Positions 9,124-16,495 of a DNA stretch of 64,000 nt are shown here, piece by piece. The position numbers and the translations under genes are program-made. Source of the stretch: Clostridia bacterium (GTDB taxonomy: Bacteria > Bacillota > Clostridia > Oscillospirales > RGIG5299); the NCBI GenBank assembly GCA_017504945.1, contig JAFVQJ010000014.1:6373-70372 (forward strand). Reading direction: 5' to 3'. Within the stretch, counting starts at the first letter, position 1. Every line of letters begins with the position of its first letter. Under the pieces are notes generated by a model. That model worked only from the letters and a program-made list of their open reading frames with translations. It was not told where the DNA came from and ran no database searches.

Positions 9124-9669
9124 TTATTTACCGAAATATCTGTTGTAAAGACCGAGGAAGCCCTTGCCGTGACGAGCCTCGTCCTTGCACATCTCGTGAA
9201 CGGTGTCGTGAATAGCGTCGTAACCGAGCTCCTTGGCTCTTACTGCGAGCTTCTTCTTGCCGTCGCAGGCGCCGTACTCGGCCTCATAGCGCATTTTGAG
9301 GTTCTTCTCGGTGGAATCGGTGAGGACCTCGCCCAAAAGCTCTGCAAATTTTGCAGCGTGCTCTGCCTCGTCGAAGGCGTAGCGGCGGAAAGCCTCTGCA
9401 ACGTCGGGATAACCCTCGCGGTCTGCAACTCTTGACATTGCAAGATACATACCTACCTCGCTGCACTCGCCCTCAAAGTTTGAACGAAGGCCCATGATGA
9501 CTTCCTCGTCAAGACCCTTTGCAACGCCGACTCTGTGCTCGTCAGCCCATACCATTTCCTCAGCCATTTTGTCGAATTTATCTGCGGGAGCCTTGCAGAT
9601 GGGGCATTTTTCGGGAGCTGCGTCTCCCTCGTGAACGTAACCGCAGATCTTGCATACAAATTTTGCCAT
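9124..9669 (-). CDS. rbr: Reverse rubrerythrin (N-terminal rubredoxin plus ferritin-like diiron domain)
   Basis: CKICGY...CPICKA rubredoxin knuckles come first, followed by E..E..H diiron helices. ATG 9669 is preferred over 9678 because of RBS spacing. Confidence 0.75.
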   Translation of the reverse strand: MAKFVCKICGYVHEGDAAPEKCPICKAPADKFDKMAEEMVWADEHRVGVAKGLDEEVIMGLRSNFEGECSEVGMYLAMSRVADREGYPDVAEAFRRYAFDEAEHAAKFAELLGEVLTDSTEKNLKMRYEAEYGACDGKKKLAVRAKELGYDAIHDTVHEMCKDEARHGKGFLGLYNRYFGK

Positions 9670-9696
9670 AGTGATCATTTCCTTTCAATAATAACT

Positions 9697-10089
9697 TTAA
9701 TTTTTATTTTTTTCTATTTTATTACAGCTTTCGCAAAGCCCCGAAATTATTACCGTAATTCTGTTTACGGCGGCGCCGGGAAATGCCTTTGCCGTTTTTT
9801 CGGTTATATCAATGTCAAAGCTGTTAAAGACGTCGTATATCCTTCCGCATTTACTGCAGGAAAAATGGAGGTGTGAATCGACGTTTCCGTCGAAATGCTC
9901 GGTACCGGCGAGATAGAAGCTTGCGGCGTCGCCGTTTTTGCAAAGCGCCGTGAGGTTTCTGTAAACGGTGGCAAGAGAAATATTGGGAATTTTTTGCTTT
10001 ACCGTTTCATATACCTGCGCTGCGGTGGGGTGATCGCATCTGCCCTTCAAATCGAAAAGTATTGCTTCGCGCTGGTAGGAGTAATTCAT
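9697..10089 (-). CDS. Fur-family metalloregulator, PerR-like
   Basis: 130 aa with a winged-helix N-terminus (ATVYRNL) and CSKC...CESC zinc motifs. It lies directly upstream of rubrerythrin. Confidence 0.75.
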   Translation of the reverse strand: MNYSYQREAILFDLKGRCDHPTAAQVYETVKQKIPNISLATVYRNLTALCKNGDAASFYLAGTEHFDGNVDSHLHFSCSKCGRIYDVFNSFDIDITEKTAKAFPGAAVNRITVIISGLCESCNKIEKNKN

Positions 10090-10115
10090 TGATCATCACA
10101 CTTTCGAATAAAACT

Positions 10116-10128
10116 GATAACTATTATC
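10116..10128. promoter_or_regulatory. Fur/Per-box-like palindrome (candidate autoregulatory operator)
   Basis: GATAA-N3-TTATC palindrome located between the -10 element and the regulator start codon. Confidence 0.4.
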
Positions 10129-10134
10129 GTTTTT

Positions 10135-10163
10135 ATTATACAGTTCTTTTCGCCGTTTGTCAA
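10135..10163 (-). promoter_or_regulatory. Sigma-A type promoter of the perR-rbr operon
   Basis: On the minus strand: TTGACA (10163-10158), 17 nt, TATAAT (10140-10135). Confidence 0.55.
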
Positions 10164-10201
10164 TACCTTTTTTTTAAAAAAACAAAAAAATTTCGCGCCG
10201 T

Positions 10202-10235
10202 AAAAAAATAAGGGAACGGAAGAGCTTCCGTCCCT
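10202..10235 (-). terminator. Intrinsic terminator after degV
   Basis: GGGACGGAAG/CTTCCGT(T)CCC stem followed by T7 on the minus strand. Confidence 0.65.
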
Positions 10236-10244
10236 TTAAACTTC

Positions 10245-11090
10245 TTATTTCTTTATAAAGAGAACACCGAGGCAGTTGGGACCGCAGTGAGTTGCGATGG
10301 TGGAGCTTGCGTGGGTAATTATTATCTCCTCAAAGTAGTTCTTTGCCTTTACCTGCTCGTAGACAGCGCTCTCTATTTCGGGAGCGATGCCCGAGTGAGT
10401 TATAAATATTCTGTGGCGCTCGATAGACTCGAGGTCTGCAAGACGCTCGTCAACATACTGCTTCAAAACGTCGGCAAGATTGCCTCTGTATTTTTTGCAA
10501 ACGCCCATTTTACCGTCCTTTACCTCGATGCAGGGCTTTAATTTCAAGAGATTTGCGCCGAGTGCCGCAACGGTGGAGCATCTGCCGCCCTTTTTCATAT
10601 ATTCGAGGGTGTTTAAAACGAAGGAGGTGTCGACTCTGTCGACGGTATTCTCGATGGCGGCAACTACGTCCTTTACCTCCATGCCGCTCTCAAGAAGCTC
10701 GCACGCCTTGAAAACGAGGTGACCGAATCCTGTTGAGAGGTTTTTCGAGTCGATAACGTAGACGTTTTCAAGCTCGCTTGCCGCAATGGTCGCGTTCTGG
10801 TTGCAGGAGGAAATATGGCTTGAGAGTGAAATGTGAATTACACTTTCCGCCTCCTCCAGAAATTCCTTGAAGGTCTCCTCGTAAACGGCGGGAGAGAGCG
10901 CGCCTGTCTGGGGGAGCTTGCCGGTGGAGTCGGCGTAATCGTAAAGCTCCTTTTGAGTAAATTCGCAGTCTTTTCCCGATCTTTCACCGAGAATTACCCA
11001 TATATTCTGGCTGCGGATATCGTATTTTTCCTTAATTTCGGGAGTGAGATCGAAGCCGCTGTCGGCGGAGATTATCCATTTCTTTTTCAT
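10245..11090 (-). CDS. DegV family fatty-acid-binding protein
   Basis: 281 aa with typical DegV length and an N-terminal IISADSGFDL-type motif. Confidence 0.8.
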   Translation of the reverse strand: MKKKWIISADSGFDLTPEIKEKYDIRSQNIWVILGERSGKDCEFTQKELYDYADSTGKLPQTGALSPAVYEETFKEFLEEAESVIHISLSSHISSCNQNATIAASELENVYVIDSKNLSTGFGHLVFKACELLESGMEVKDVVAAIENTVDRVDTSFVLNTLEYMKKGGRCSTVAALGANLLKLKPCIEVKDGKMGVCKKYRGNLADVLKQYVDERLADLESIERHRIFITHSGIAPEIESAVYEQVKAKNYFEEIIITHASSTIATHCGPNCLGVLFIKK

Positions 11091-11129
11091 TTTAAAAAAT
11101 TCCTTTCAAATTGCGTTTTATATGGAAAA

Positions 11130-11780
11130 TTAAAATTTTATAAGGTCGGGAAGCTCAAGCGGAGCGTGAGCGATGATATCGGCGCCGTTTTCCAAAAGCT
11201 CGGGCTCGTCGCGAAAGCCCCAGGTAACACCCACCGCGGTAACGCCCGCCGCCTTGGCGGTCTTCATATCGGTGCTGCTGTCGCCCACGAAGAAGGCGTT
11301 TTCGGGAGCCGTTTCCGTCCGCTCTAAAATGTGGAGAGCCGCCGCGGGATCGGGCTTGCGCGGAAAGGCGTCAGACTGCCCCATAACGCCGTCGAAAAGG
11401 TCGCCGAAATAGTGAGCGGCGATCATTTTGGTGTTGGGATCGGGCTTGTTTGAAAGCACCCACACGGAAAATCCCTTTGCTTTAAGTGCCGTAACCGCCT
11501 CTTCGATGTTATCGTAGGGAGCGGTCTTGTTAAACTGATTTTTGGTGTATATCCCATTATATATCTTTAAAAGACGGTCGATGCTTTCATCGTCCTTTTT
11601 CCCCTCGGGAAGCACGCCTCTTGCAAGCTCTCTCACGCCGTTTCCCACGAAATAGCGGTATTTTTCGGTCGCATAGCCCGAAAATCCCAAAATGCGAAGA
11701 CTCTCGTTCATCGAGTCGGCAAGATCGGAGAGGGTATTAAGTAAGGTGCCGTCGAGGTCAAAGATTACGGTCTTGTTCAT
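11130..11780 (-). CDS. HAD-superfamily hydrolase (phosphoglycolate phosphatase-like)
   Basis: DLDGTL motif I, an S/T motif II and a GDSSTD motif IV. Confidence 0.75.
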   Translation of the reverse strand: MNKTVIFDLDGTLLNTLSDLADSMNESLRILGFSGYATEKYRYFVGNGVRELARGVLPEGKKDDESIDRLLKIYNGIYTKNQFNKTAPYDNIEEAVTALKAKGFSVWVLSNKPDPNTKMIAAHYFGDLFDGVMGQSDAFPRKPDPAAALHILERTETAPENAFFVGDSSTDMKTAKAAGVTAVGVTWGFRDEPELLENGADIIAHAPLELPDLIKF

Positions 11781-11785
11781 TTACG

Positions 11786-12547
11786 TCAGTCCTTTGATCT
11801 ATATGTGTTTTTTAGCGTTCCTATGCCCGAAACGGTAATTTCCACCGTTTCGCCGTCACGCGCCTCGCCTATTCCGGGAGGAGTACCCGTTGAAACGATA
11901 TCGCCGGGCAAAAGCGTCATAATTCCCGAGGCGAATGATACCAAGGTAGCCGCGTCCCATATCATATCGGCGGTTGTGCCGTGCTGGACGGTAACGCCGT
12001 CCTTTTTCGCGGTTATCTTAAGACTTTTGGTGTCAAGCTCCGTTTCGATAACGGGACCTAACGGGCAATAGCCGTCAAAGCCCTTGGCTCTGGTCCACTG
12101 ACCGTCCTTTTTCTGAAGGACGCGTGCGGTAACGTCGTTCAAAACGGTGTAGCCGAGAATATATTCGCCTATTTTGTCGGGCGAAACGTTTCTACATTCC
12201 TTTTTTATAACGACTGCAAGCTCTGCCTCGTAATCGGTCCTGCCTGCGCTTTTGTAGATAGGCACGTCGTCAAACGGTGCGATAACGGAGGTGGAGGGCT
12301 TAATAAAGAAAAGCGGCTCCGAGGGCTCCTTTTCCGAAAGCTCCTTGGTGTGAGCGCGGTAGTTAAGACCTGCCGCAACTATCTTGCTCGGAGCCGACGG
12401 TGCAAGCAGCTTTATCTCCGAAAGGGGAACGCTTATTCCCAGATAAACCGGGTCGCTCTCAAAGGGAGAGGAGATGACTCTGGCAACGTCGTTTTGCAAA
12501 ACGCCGTATAATATTTCGTTTTTAAATTCAAATCTTACAATTTTCAT
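11786..12547 (-). CDS. Fumarylacetoacetate hydrolase (FAH) family protein
   Basis: 253 aa. GLNYRAH, EAELAVVI and TGTPPG motifs are characteristic of the FAH family. Confidence 0.8.
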   Translation of the reverse strand: MKIVRFEFKNEILYGVLQNDVARVISSPFESDPVYLGISVPLSEIKLLAPSAPSKIVAAGLNYRAHTKELSEKEPSEPLFFIKPSTSVIAPFDDVPIYKSAGRTDYEAELAVVIKKECRNVSPDKIGEYILGYTVLNDVTARVLQKKDGQWTRAKGFDGYCPLGPVIETELDTKSLKITAKKDGVTVQHGTTADMIWDAATLVSFASGIMTLLPGDIVSTGTPPGIGEARDGETVEITVSGIGTLKNTYRSKD

Positions 12548-12556
12548 AATATAAAC

Positions 12557-12585
12557 ATTATACGATATTTCGCCGTTTATTTCAA
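12557..12585 (-). promoter_or_regulatory. Promoter placed for a leaderless or near-leaderless FAH mRNA
   Basis: On the minus strand: TTGAAA (12585-12580), 17 nt, TATAAT (12562-12557). The ATG at 12547 is only 9 nt past the -10 element and has no SD. Confidence 0.45.
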
Positions 12586-12639
12586 GTAGAAATTTTAAGG
12601 AGGCAAAAACGGCAGGGATTTTCCGCTAAAGTCGCGTGC

Positions 12640-13045
12640 CACGGCTTGCACGGATTTTAGGGGTGGGTGAGGTGCGCAACAGTTTAATTTTTTTCTTCGC
12701 TCGAGCCGTGGGGACTACCGTCCTTTTGAAACCTTGCGCATCTTTTGGAAACGCAGCAAAAGAGGGGTAGATGCAAGCGACCAGCCCTCTTTCGCCTTTT
12801 GTGTAAACTTTCCTTTCGCATAAGAAATGCATAGGAAGCTTTTGCTTCCGTATGCTTTTCGCCGAAGCGAAAGGAGCTTTTTGTTTTCCTTTCTCTCGCG
12901 AGCATAGGGGAAACCTCCCCTTAAAAAAGATTCTTTTCTCCCTTTTCTCATCTTTGAGAAAAGGGGAGCCTCGCGGCTCGAGCGGTAAAGCCCCGCGGCT
13001 TGAGCGGAGAAAAACTCCTTAACGGTCTTTTGCGGTAAAAAATTT
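12640..13045 (+). repeat. Hairpin-packed element, copy B1 (direct orientation)
   Basis: Aligns by eye in the same orientation with 14441-14850 and as reverse complement with 14100-14440. Contains hairpins 12906-12921 and 12938-12968 and GC-rich GCGGCTYGAGCGG units at 12973 and 12996. Confidence 0.7.
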
Positions 13046-13180
13046 TTCTCCGATTTTCTGTTTTGCAAAAAATTGCTCTCAAAACCGGAAAAACAGCAAT
13101 TTGTTTTCGGCTTTTTGCACAAATCGTCTGCAGATTTTTATGCAAACTGAACAAAAATGCGGCATTTATGTGAAAACTGC

Positions 13181-13209
13181 TTGATTTTTTATTTGAGCGC
13201 GCATATAAT
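13181..13209 (+). promoter_or_regulatory. Sigma-A type promoter of the 269-aa surface protein gene
   Basis: TTGATT (13181-13186), 17 nt, TATAAT (13204-13209). The 5' UTR carries a TTGCC-GCAA-GGCAA hairpin (13222-13235) and an AAAGGA RBS. Confidence 0.55.
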
Positions 13210-13254
13210 ATATATAATAAATTGCCGCAAGGCAAACAGAAAGGATAAAACACA

Positions 13255-14064
13255 ATGAAAAAGATTTTAGCAATCGCACTTACCCTTACTCTCGTGCTTG
13301 CTCTCGGTCTTTCCGCATCCGCTGCTCTTCCCGCAGGCTGGGTTACCGTAAACGGTACCACTGATGACCAGCACAAAATCAATGCAGACGGTTCTCTCTC
13401 AATGTATTGGGGCGATCCCGCTATCGGTGCAAACCTCACCGTAGGCTACGACGTTTCGGCATTTAACAACAACTACACCGCAACCGTTGAGGCTTATCTT
13501 CCCGAAAAGACCATCATAAGCGGCACTTTCGTTACCGGTGCAAACGTAGTTTCCGTTAAGGCAACCGATCCTGCAAACGGAATGTGGCTCTACGGCTACG
13601 CTCTTAAGGTAATAAATTATGAGGGTCATCCGGCAGGAACTCCCGACAACTTTGCAGCTTGGGGCGGCACCTATTGCGTTATAGAAGGCTTTGACAGCCT
13701 TAATCCTCTTGCAGCTGCTTGTGCATCTTACGCAGACCTCAACATCAAGGCAGGCGATTGGAATACCATAAAGGTTGTCGTTGAAGGCAATAAGGTTTCC
13801 TACTACGTAAACGGCGCTCTTGCAAGTACCAGTGATTCCGTAGCTTCCAGCGGTAATTTCTTCTGCCTTGCAAATAACGGCGACGGCGGAAATCCCGCAT
13901 TCAAGAACCTCGTTATCAAATCCAACAACGGCTCTGTTGCAGACGTTACCGCATTTACCGTTACCAATGCAGGCCCCGCTGACATCGAAGTAGTTGCTAT
14001 CGCAGGCGCAATGATCGTTGCTCTCATGGCAGCAGCTTTCGTTGTAAAGGCTCGCAAGGCATAA
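13255..14064 (+). CDS. Secreted, C-terminally membrane-anchored protein with concanavalin-A-like lectin/glucanase (DUF1080/LamG-like) domain
   Basis: Signal peptide (..SASA-ALPAGW). The KAGDWNTIKVVVEGNKVSYYVNGA motif resembles DUF1080. C-terminal TM helix plus KARKA tail. Own promoter and terminator. Confidence 0.65.
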   Translation: MKKILAIALTLTLVLALGLSASAALPAGWVTVNGTTDDQHKINADGSLSMYWGDPAIGANLTVGYDVSAFNNNYTATVEAYLPEKTIISGTFVTGANVVSVKATDPANGMWLYGYALKVINYEGHPAGTPDNFAAWGGTYCVIEGFDSLNPLAAACASYADLNIKAGDWNTIKVVVEGNKVSYYVNGALASTSDSVASSGNFFCLANNGDGGNPAFKNLVIKSNNGSVADVTAFTVTNAGPADIEVVAIAGAMIVALMAAAFVVKARKA

Positions 14065-14086
14065 GCTTAAATTAACAAAAATAAAA

Positions 14087-14113
14087 GATCCACCCACACG
14101 GGTGGATCTTTTT
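14087..14113 (+). terminator. Intrinsic terminator of the 269-aa gene
   Basis: GATCCACCC-ACAC-GGGTGGATC followed by T5. Confidence 0.75.
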
Positions 14114-14440
14114 CTTTTCACTACGCGTGGGGCACTACTTCGGCTCGAGCCACGGCGGCACCTTTTTCTTTCCACTGCGCGTGGGGAGCCTCTTCCCGCT
14201 CAAGCCGCGGTGGCTCCCATTTTCTCAAAGATGAGAAAATGGGGAAAAGAATCTTTTTAAGGGGAAGGCTCCCCTATGCTCGCGAGAATACAATAATCAC
14301 AATCCGCCTTACGCTTAAGCGAAATGCAAACGTCGCTTCGCGCCCTTTGCTATTTCTTATGCGTAAGGCAAGAACTCACAAAGCCAAAGGCTCTTACCTC
14401 GCTCGCATCTACCCCTCTTTTGGTGCGCGTCCACACTCGG
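14100..14440 (-). repeat. Hairpin-packed element, copy A (inverted orientation)
   Basis: Reverse-complement alignment with 12720-13015. The core 14212-14287 matches about 69 of 76 positions by hand alignment. Hairpins at 14214-14244 and 14260-14275, and two ~50-nt GC-rich units at 14105-14215. Confidence 0.7.
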
Positions 14441-14850
14441 TTTCTTGCCCGAGGGGTGAGGTGAGTGACGCAATACATTGTGTTTTGCAGAGTGTTCCTT
14501 TCGCCTTCACACCTTCGCAGGCGCAAAGCGCCAAGAGGTGTGCGAGTGAAAGGGGATTTTTGCTTTTCTTACTCTCACGAACCGAGGGGAAGCTCCCCCT
14601 CAATAAAGGATTTTCTTTTCCTGTTTCTTGTATCCTTACAAGAAACAGGCGCCCTGCGCGCAGCGGGAAAAAGGTGCCCTTTGCGGCTCGAGCGGCAAAG
14701 CCCCACGCGTAGTGGAAAAAAGGAGACCTTCGCGGCTTGAGCGGTAAAGCCCCGCGCGCAGCGGGAAAAAGGAGCCCCGCGGCTTGAGCGGCAAAGCCCC
14801 ACGCGTAGCGGAGAGAAAAAAGGCGCTACGCGGTCTTTTACGGAAACAGA
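14441..14850 (+). repeat. Hairpin-packed element, copy B2 (direct orientation, internally deleted; three ~48-nt units)
   Basis: 14445-14475 matches 12650-12682 in direct orientation. Hairpins at 14584-14601 and 14620-14649. GCGGCTYGAGCGG at 14683, 14732 and 14779. Together with copy A it forms a ~750-bp imperfect palindrome. Confidence 0.65.
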
Positions 14851-14874
14851 ATAAAACTTAATTACTCTGCACAA

Positions 14875-14910
14875 ACTAAAAAATCCCTTTGCCGAGAGCA
14901 AAGGGATTTT
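14875..14910. terminator. Bidirectional hairpin terminator (serves rnmV on the minus strand)
   Basis: AAATCCCTTTGC-CGAGA-GCAAAGGGATTT flanked by A-run and T-run. Confidence 0.7.
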
Positions 14911-14913
14911 TGA

Positions 14914-15483
14914 TTATTCAATATTGATCTTCGCCGTGTTCAGATACTTCAAAAGCGCGTTTGAGGAAAGCCGAAGCGGAAGTCCGAGCCTCTTTAGAAG
15001 CTCGTGACGGCGACATTCGCTGTTTTCTCTGCCGAAATATCCGAGCTCGTAAAGGCGCGCCTTCGTTAACGGAATAAAATCCCTTACGTCGCGCTCGCTT
15101 TCGCCCTTCGGCAAGGCGTTTAAAAGCGAATCTCTTATTATTTCGCAGTCAATGCCCTCGGCGCCGAGAAGTCCCTCCTTGCCGGGTGCGCTCTTTCGCT
15201 TTTCCTTGCCCTTTACCGACGGCAGATAGGCGTGATACACCTTGCCCTCGGTTATAGAGCCGCCGATATAGGAGCGTATCTTAAAGCCGGCGGCGTCGGG
15301 ATCGGTGAGGATTATAATTCCTCTCTCAACGGCGAGCCTTCTTATATAATCGAGAAGCTCCTTACTTTTGAAGATGCCAAAGCCGCCGCACTCGACTATA
15401 AGGGCGTCGGTAACGGCCTCGAGCTTTATTTTGTCGTATCTTCCCTCAACGACTATTGCCTGACTTATCTCAAGCCTTTGCAT
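14914..15483 (-). CDS. rnmV: Ribonuclease M5 (Toprim domain)
   Basis: 189 aa. IVVEGRYDK and TDPDAAG Toprim motifs plus the C-terminal domain typical of RNase M5. Confidence 0.75.
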   Translation of the reverse strand: MQRLEISQAIVVEGRYDKIKLEAVTDALIVECGGFGIFKSKELLDYIRRLAVERGIIILTDPDAAGFKIRSYIGGSITEGKVYHAYLPSVKGKEKRKSAPGKEGLLGAEGIDCEIIRDSLLNALPKGESERDVRDFIPLTKARLYELGYFGRENSECRRHELLKRLGLPLRLSSNALLKYLNTAKINIE

Positions 15484-16483
15484 CTCTTCTCCTTGCCGCC
15501 GCCCTGCCTATCAGCGCTTCGATACGGGCGCGCTTGTCTATTGATTTGCTTTTTATGTCGCTGTCGCACTCAACGCAGTCGGTAAGACATTCCGAAATAT
15601 AGGAAATGGGAAGATCCTTAACTACCGTCATATATTTTTTGCAGGCAAAGGGAGGGATCTTTGCAATTGCGGCTATCTTTTGAGCGTCCCTTCCCGATAC
15701 GGCGCCCGCCTTTACGGCAAGCAGCTCGGAAAAAGCGCGGTAGACCGACGCGGCGATAACGGTGTCGTCAAGCTTCATTTCGTAAAGCTCGTCGATAAGC
15801 TTAAAAGCCCTTTTGGTATCGTTTGAGATAACCGCCTCGGTAAGCTGCCAGCCCTTGCTGTCAACAGACGGGACGACCATCTCGTCTATATCCTCGCGGC
15901 GAATTTCCGTTCTGTCGCACCGCGCTATAAGCTTGTCGCACTCGTTTTTGATAAGATCCTGCACGGCGGGGAGATAGGAAACGAGAAGCTCGGCGTTTTG
16001 CCTTGAAATATTCTTTTTCGCCGCCGCGAAATAGCGGATTATCCAATCGGTCTGCTCCGCCTCCTTAAGCGGATCGAAGGAGCAGACGACGGCGCCCGTG
16101 TCCTTCTGAAAGCGAGTTACCTCGGAGGCAGTCGCCTTGACGGTGGGCTGTTCCTCGCAGATAATAACGGTGGCGCTGTCGGGCACGCCCTCCTTGGTAA
16201 GATACGCCACTATCTCGTTGGACTTTGCAAGAGAGAGGTCCTTGATAACGGTGAGCTTGCGGCTTGCGGCAAAGGGAAAGGCGGTAACCGACTCGTCAAG
16301 CTCGGCGGCGGTGAGCTTTTTGCCCTCGAATACGGTGAGATCCATCTCCTCGAAGCCGCAAAGTATCTTCCCCTTCACGAGAGAAAGATAGTGGCGCATA
16401 AGGTAGTTTTCCTCGCCCACGAAAAGATAGAGCGGGGCAAATTCACCCGTTTTTATGTGATTTTTAAGGTCATTAAGACTCAT
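15470..16483 (-). CDS. holA: DNA polymerase III delta subunit
   Basis: 337 aa with an N-terminal PLYLFVGEE motif. Conserved comEC-holA synteny. Confidence 0.75.
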   Translation of the reverse strand: MSLNDLKNHIKTGEFAPLYLFVGEENYLMRHYLSLVKGKILCGFEEMDLTVFEGKKLTAAELDESVTAFPFAASRKLTVIKDLSLAKSNEIVAYLTKEGVPDSATVIICEEQPTVKATASEVTRFQKDTGAVVCSFDPLKEAEQTDWIIRYFAAAKKNISRQNAELLVSYLPAVQDLIKNECDKLIARCDRTEIRREDIDEMVVPSVDSKGWQLTEAVISNDTKRAFKLIDELYEMKLDDTVIAASVYRAFSELLAVKAGAVSGRDAQKIAAIAKIPPFACKKYMTVVKDLPISYISECLTDCVECDSDIKSKSIDKRARIEALIGRAAARRRDAKA

Positions 16484-16495
16484 TTTTCAAACCTC

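Noticed and set aside
13399-14175. 258-aa minus-strand ORF overlapping the 13255..14064 gene.
   Set aside because: The plus-strand ORF has a promoter, RBS, signal peptide, domain motif and terminator. The minus ORF is Cys/Gly/Val-rich, runs through the terminator hairpin and has no start context.
12626-14901. ORFs inside the repeat elements (12626..12832, 12684..12905, 12715..13122, 12948..13439, 14239..14712, 14409..14603, 14465..14740, 14575..14901).
   Set aside because: Homologous DNA segments in the three copies are not kept in a common reading frame because indels shift it. The translations are Arg/Lys/Ser-rich junk, and the sequence is better explained by stacked hairpins.
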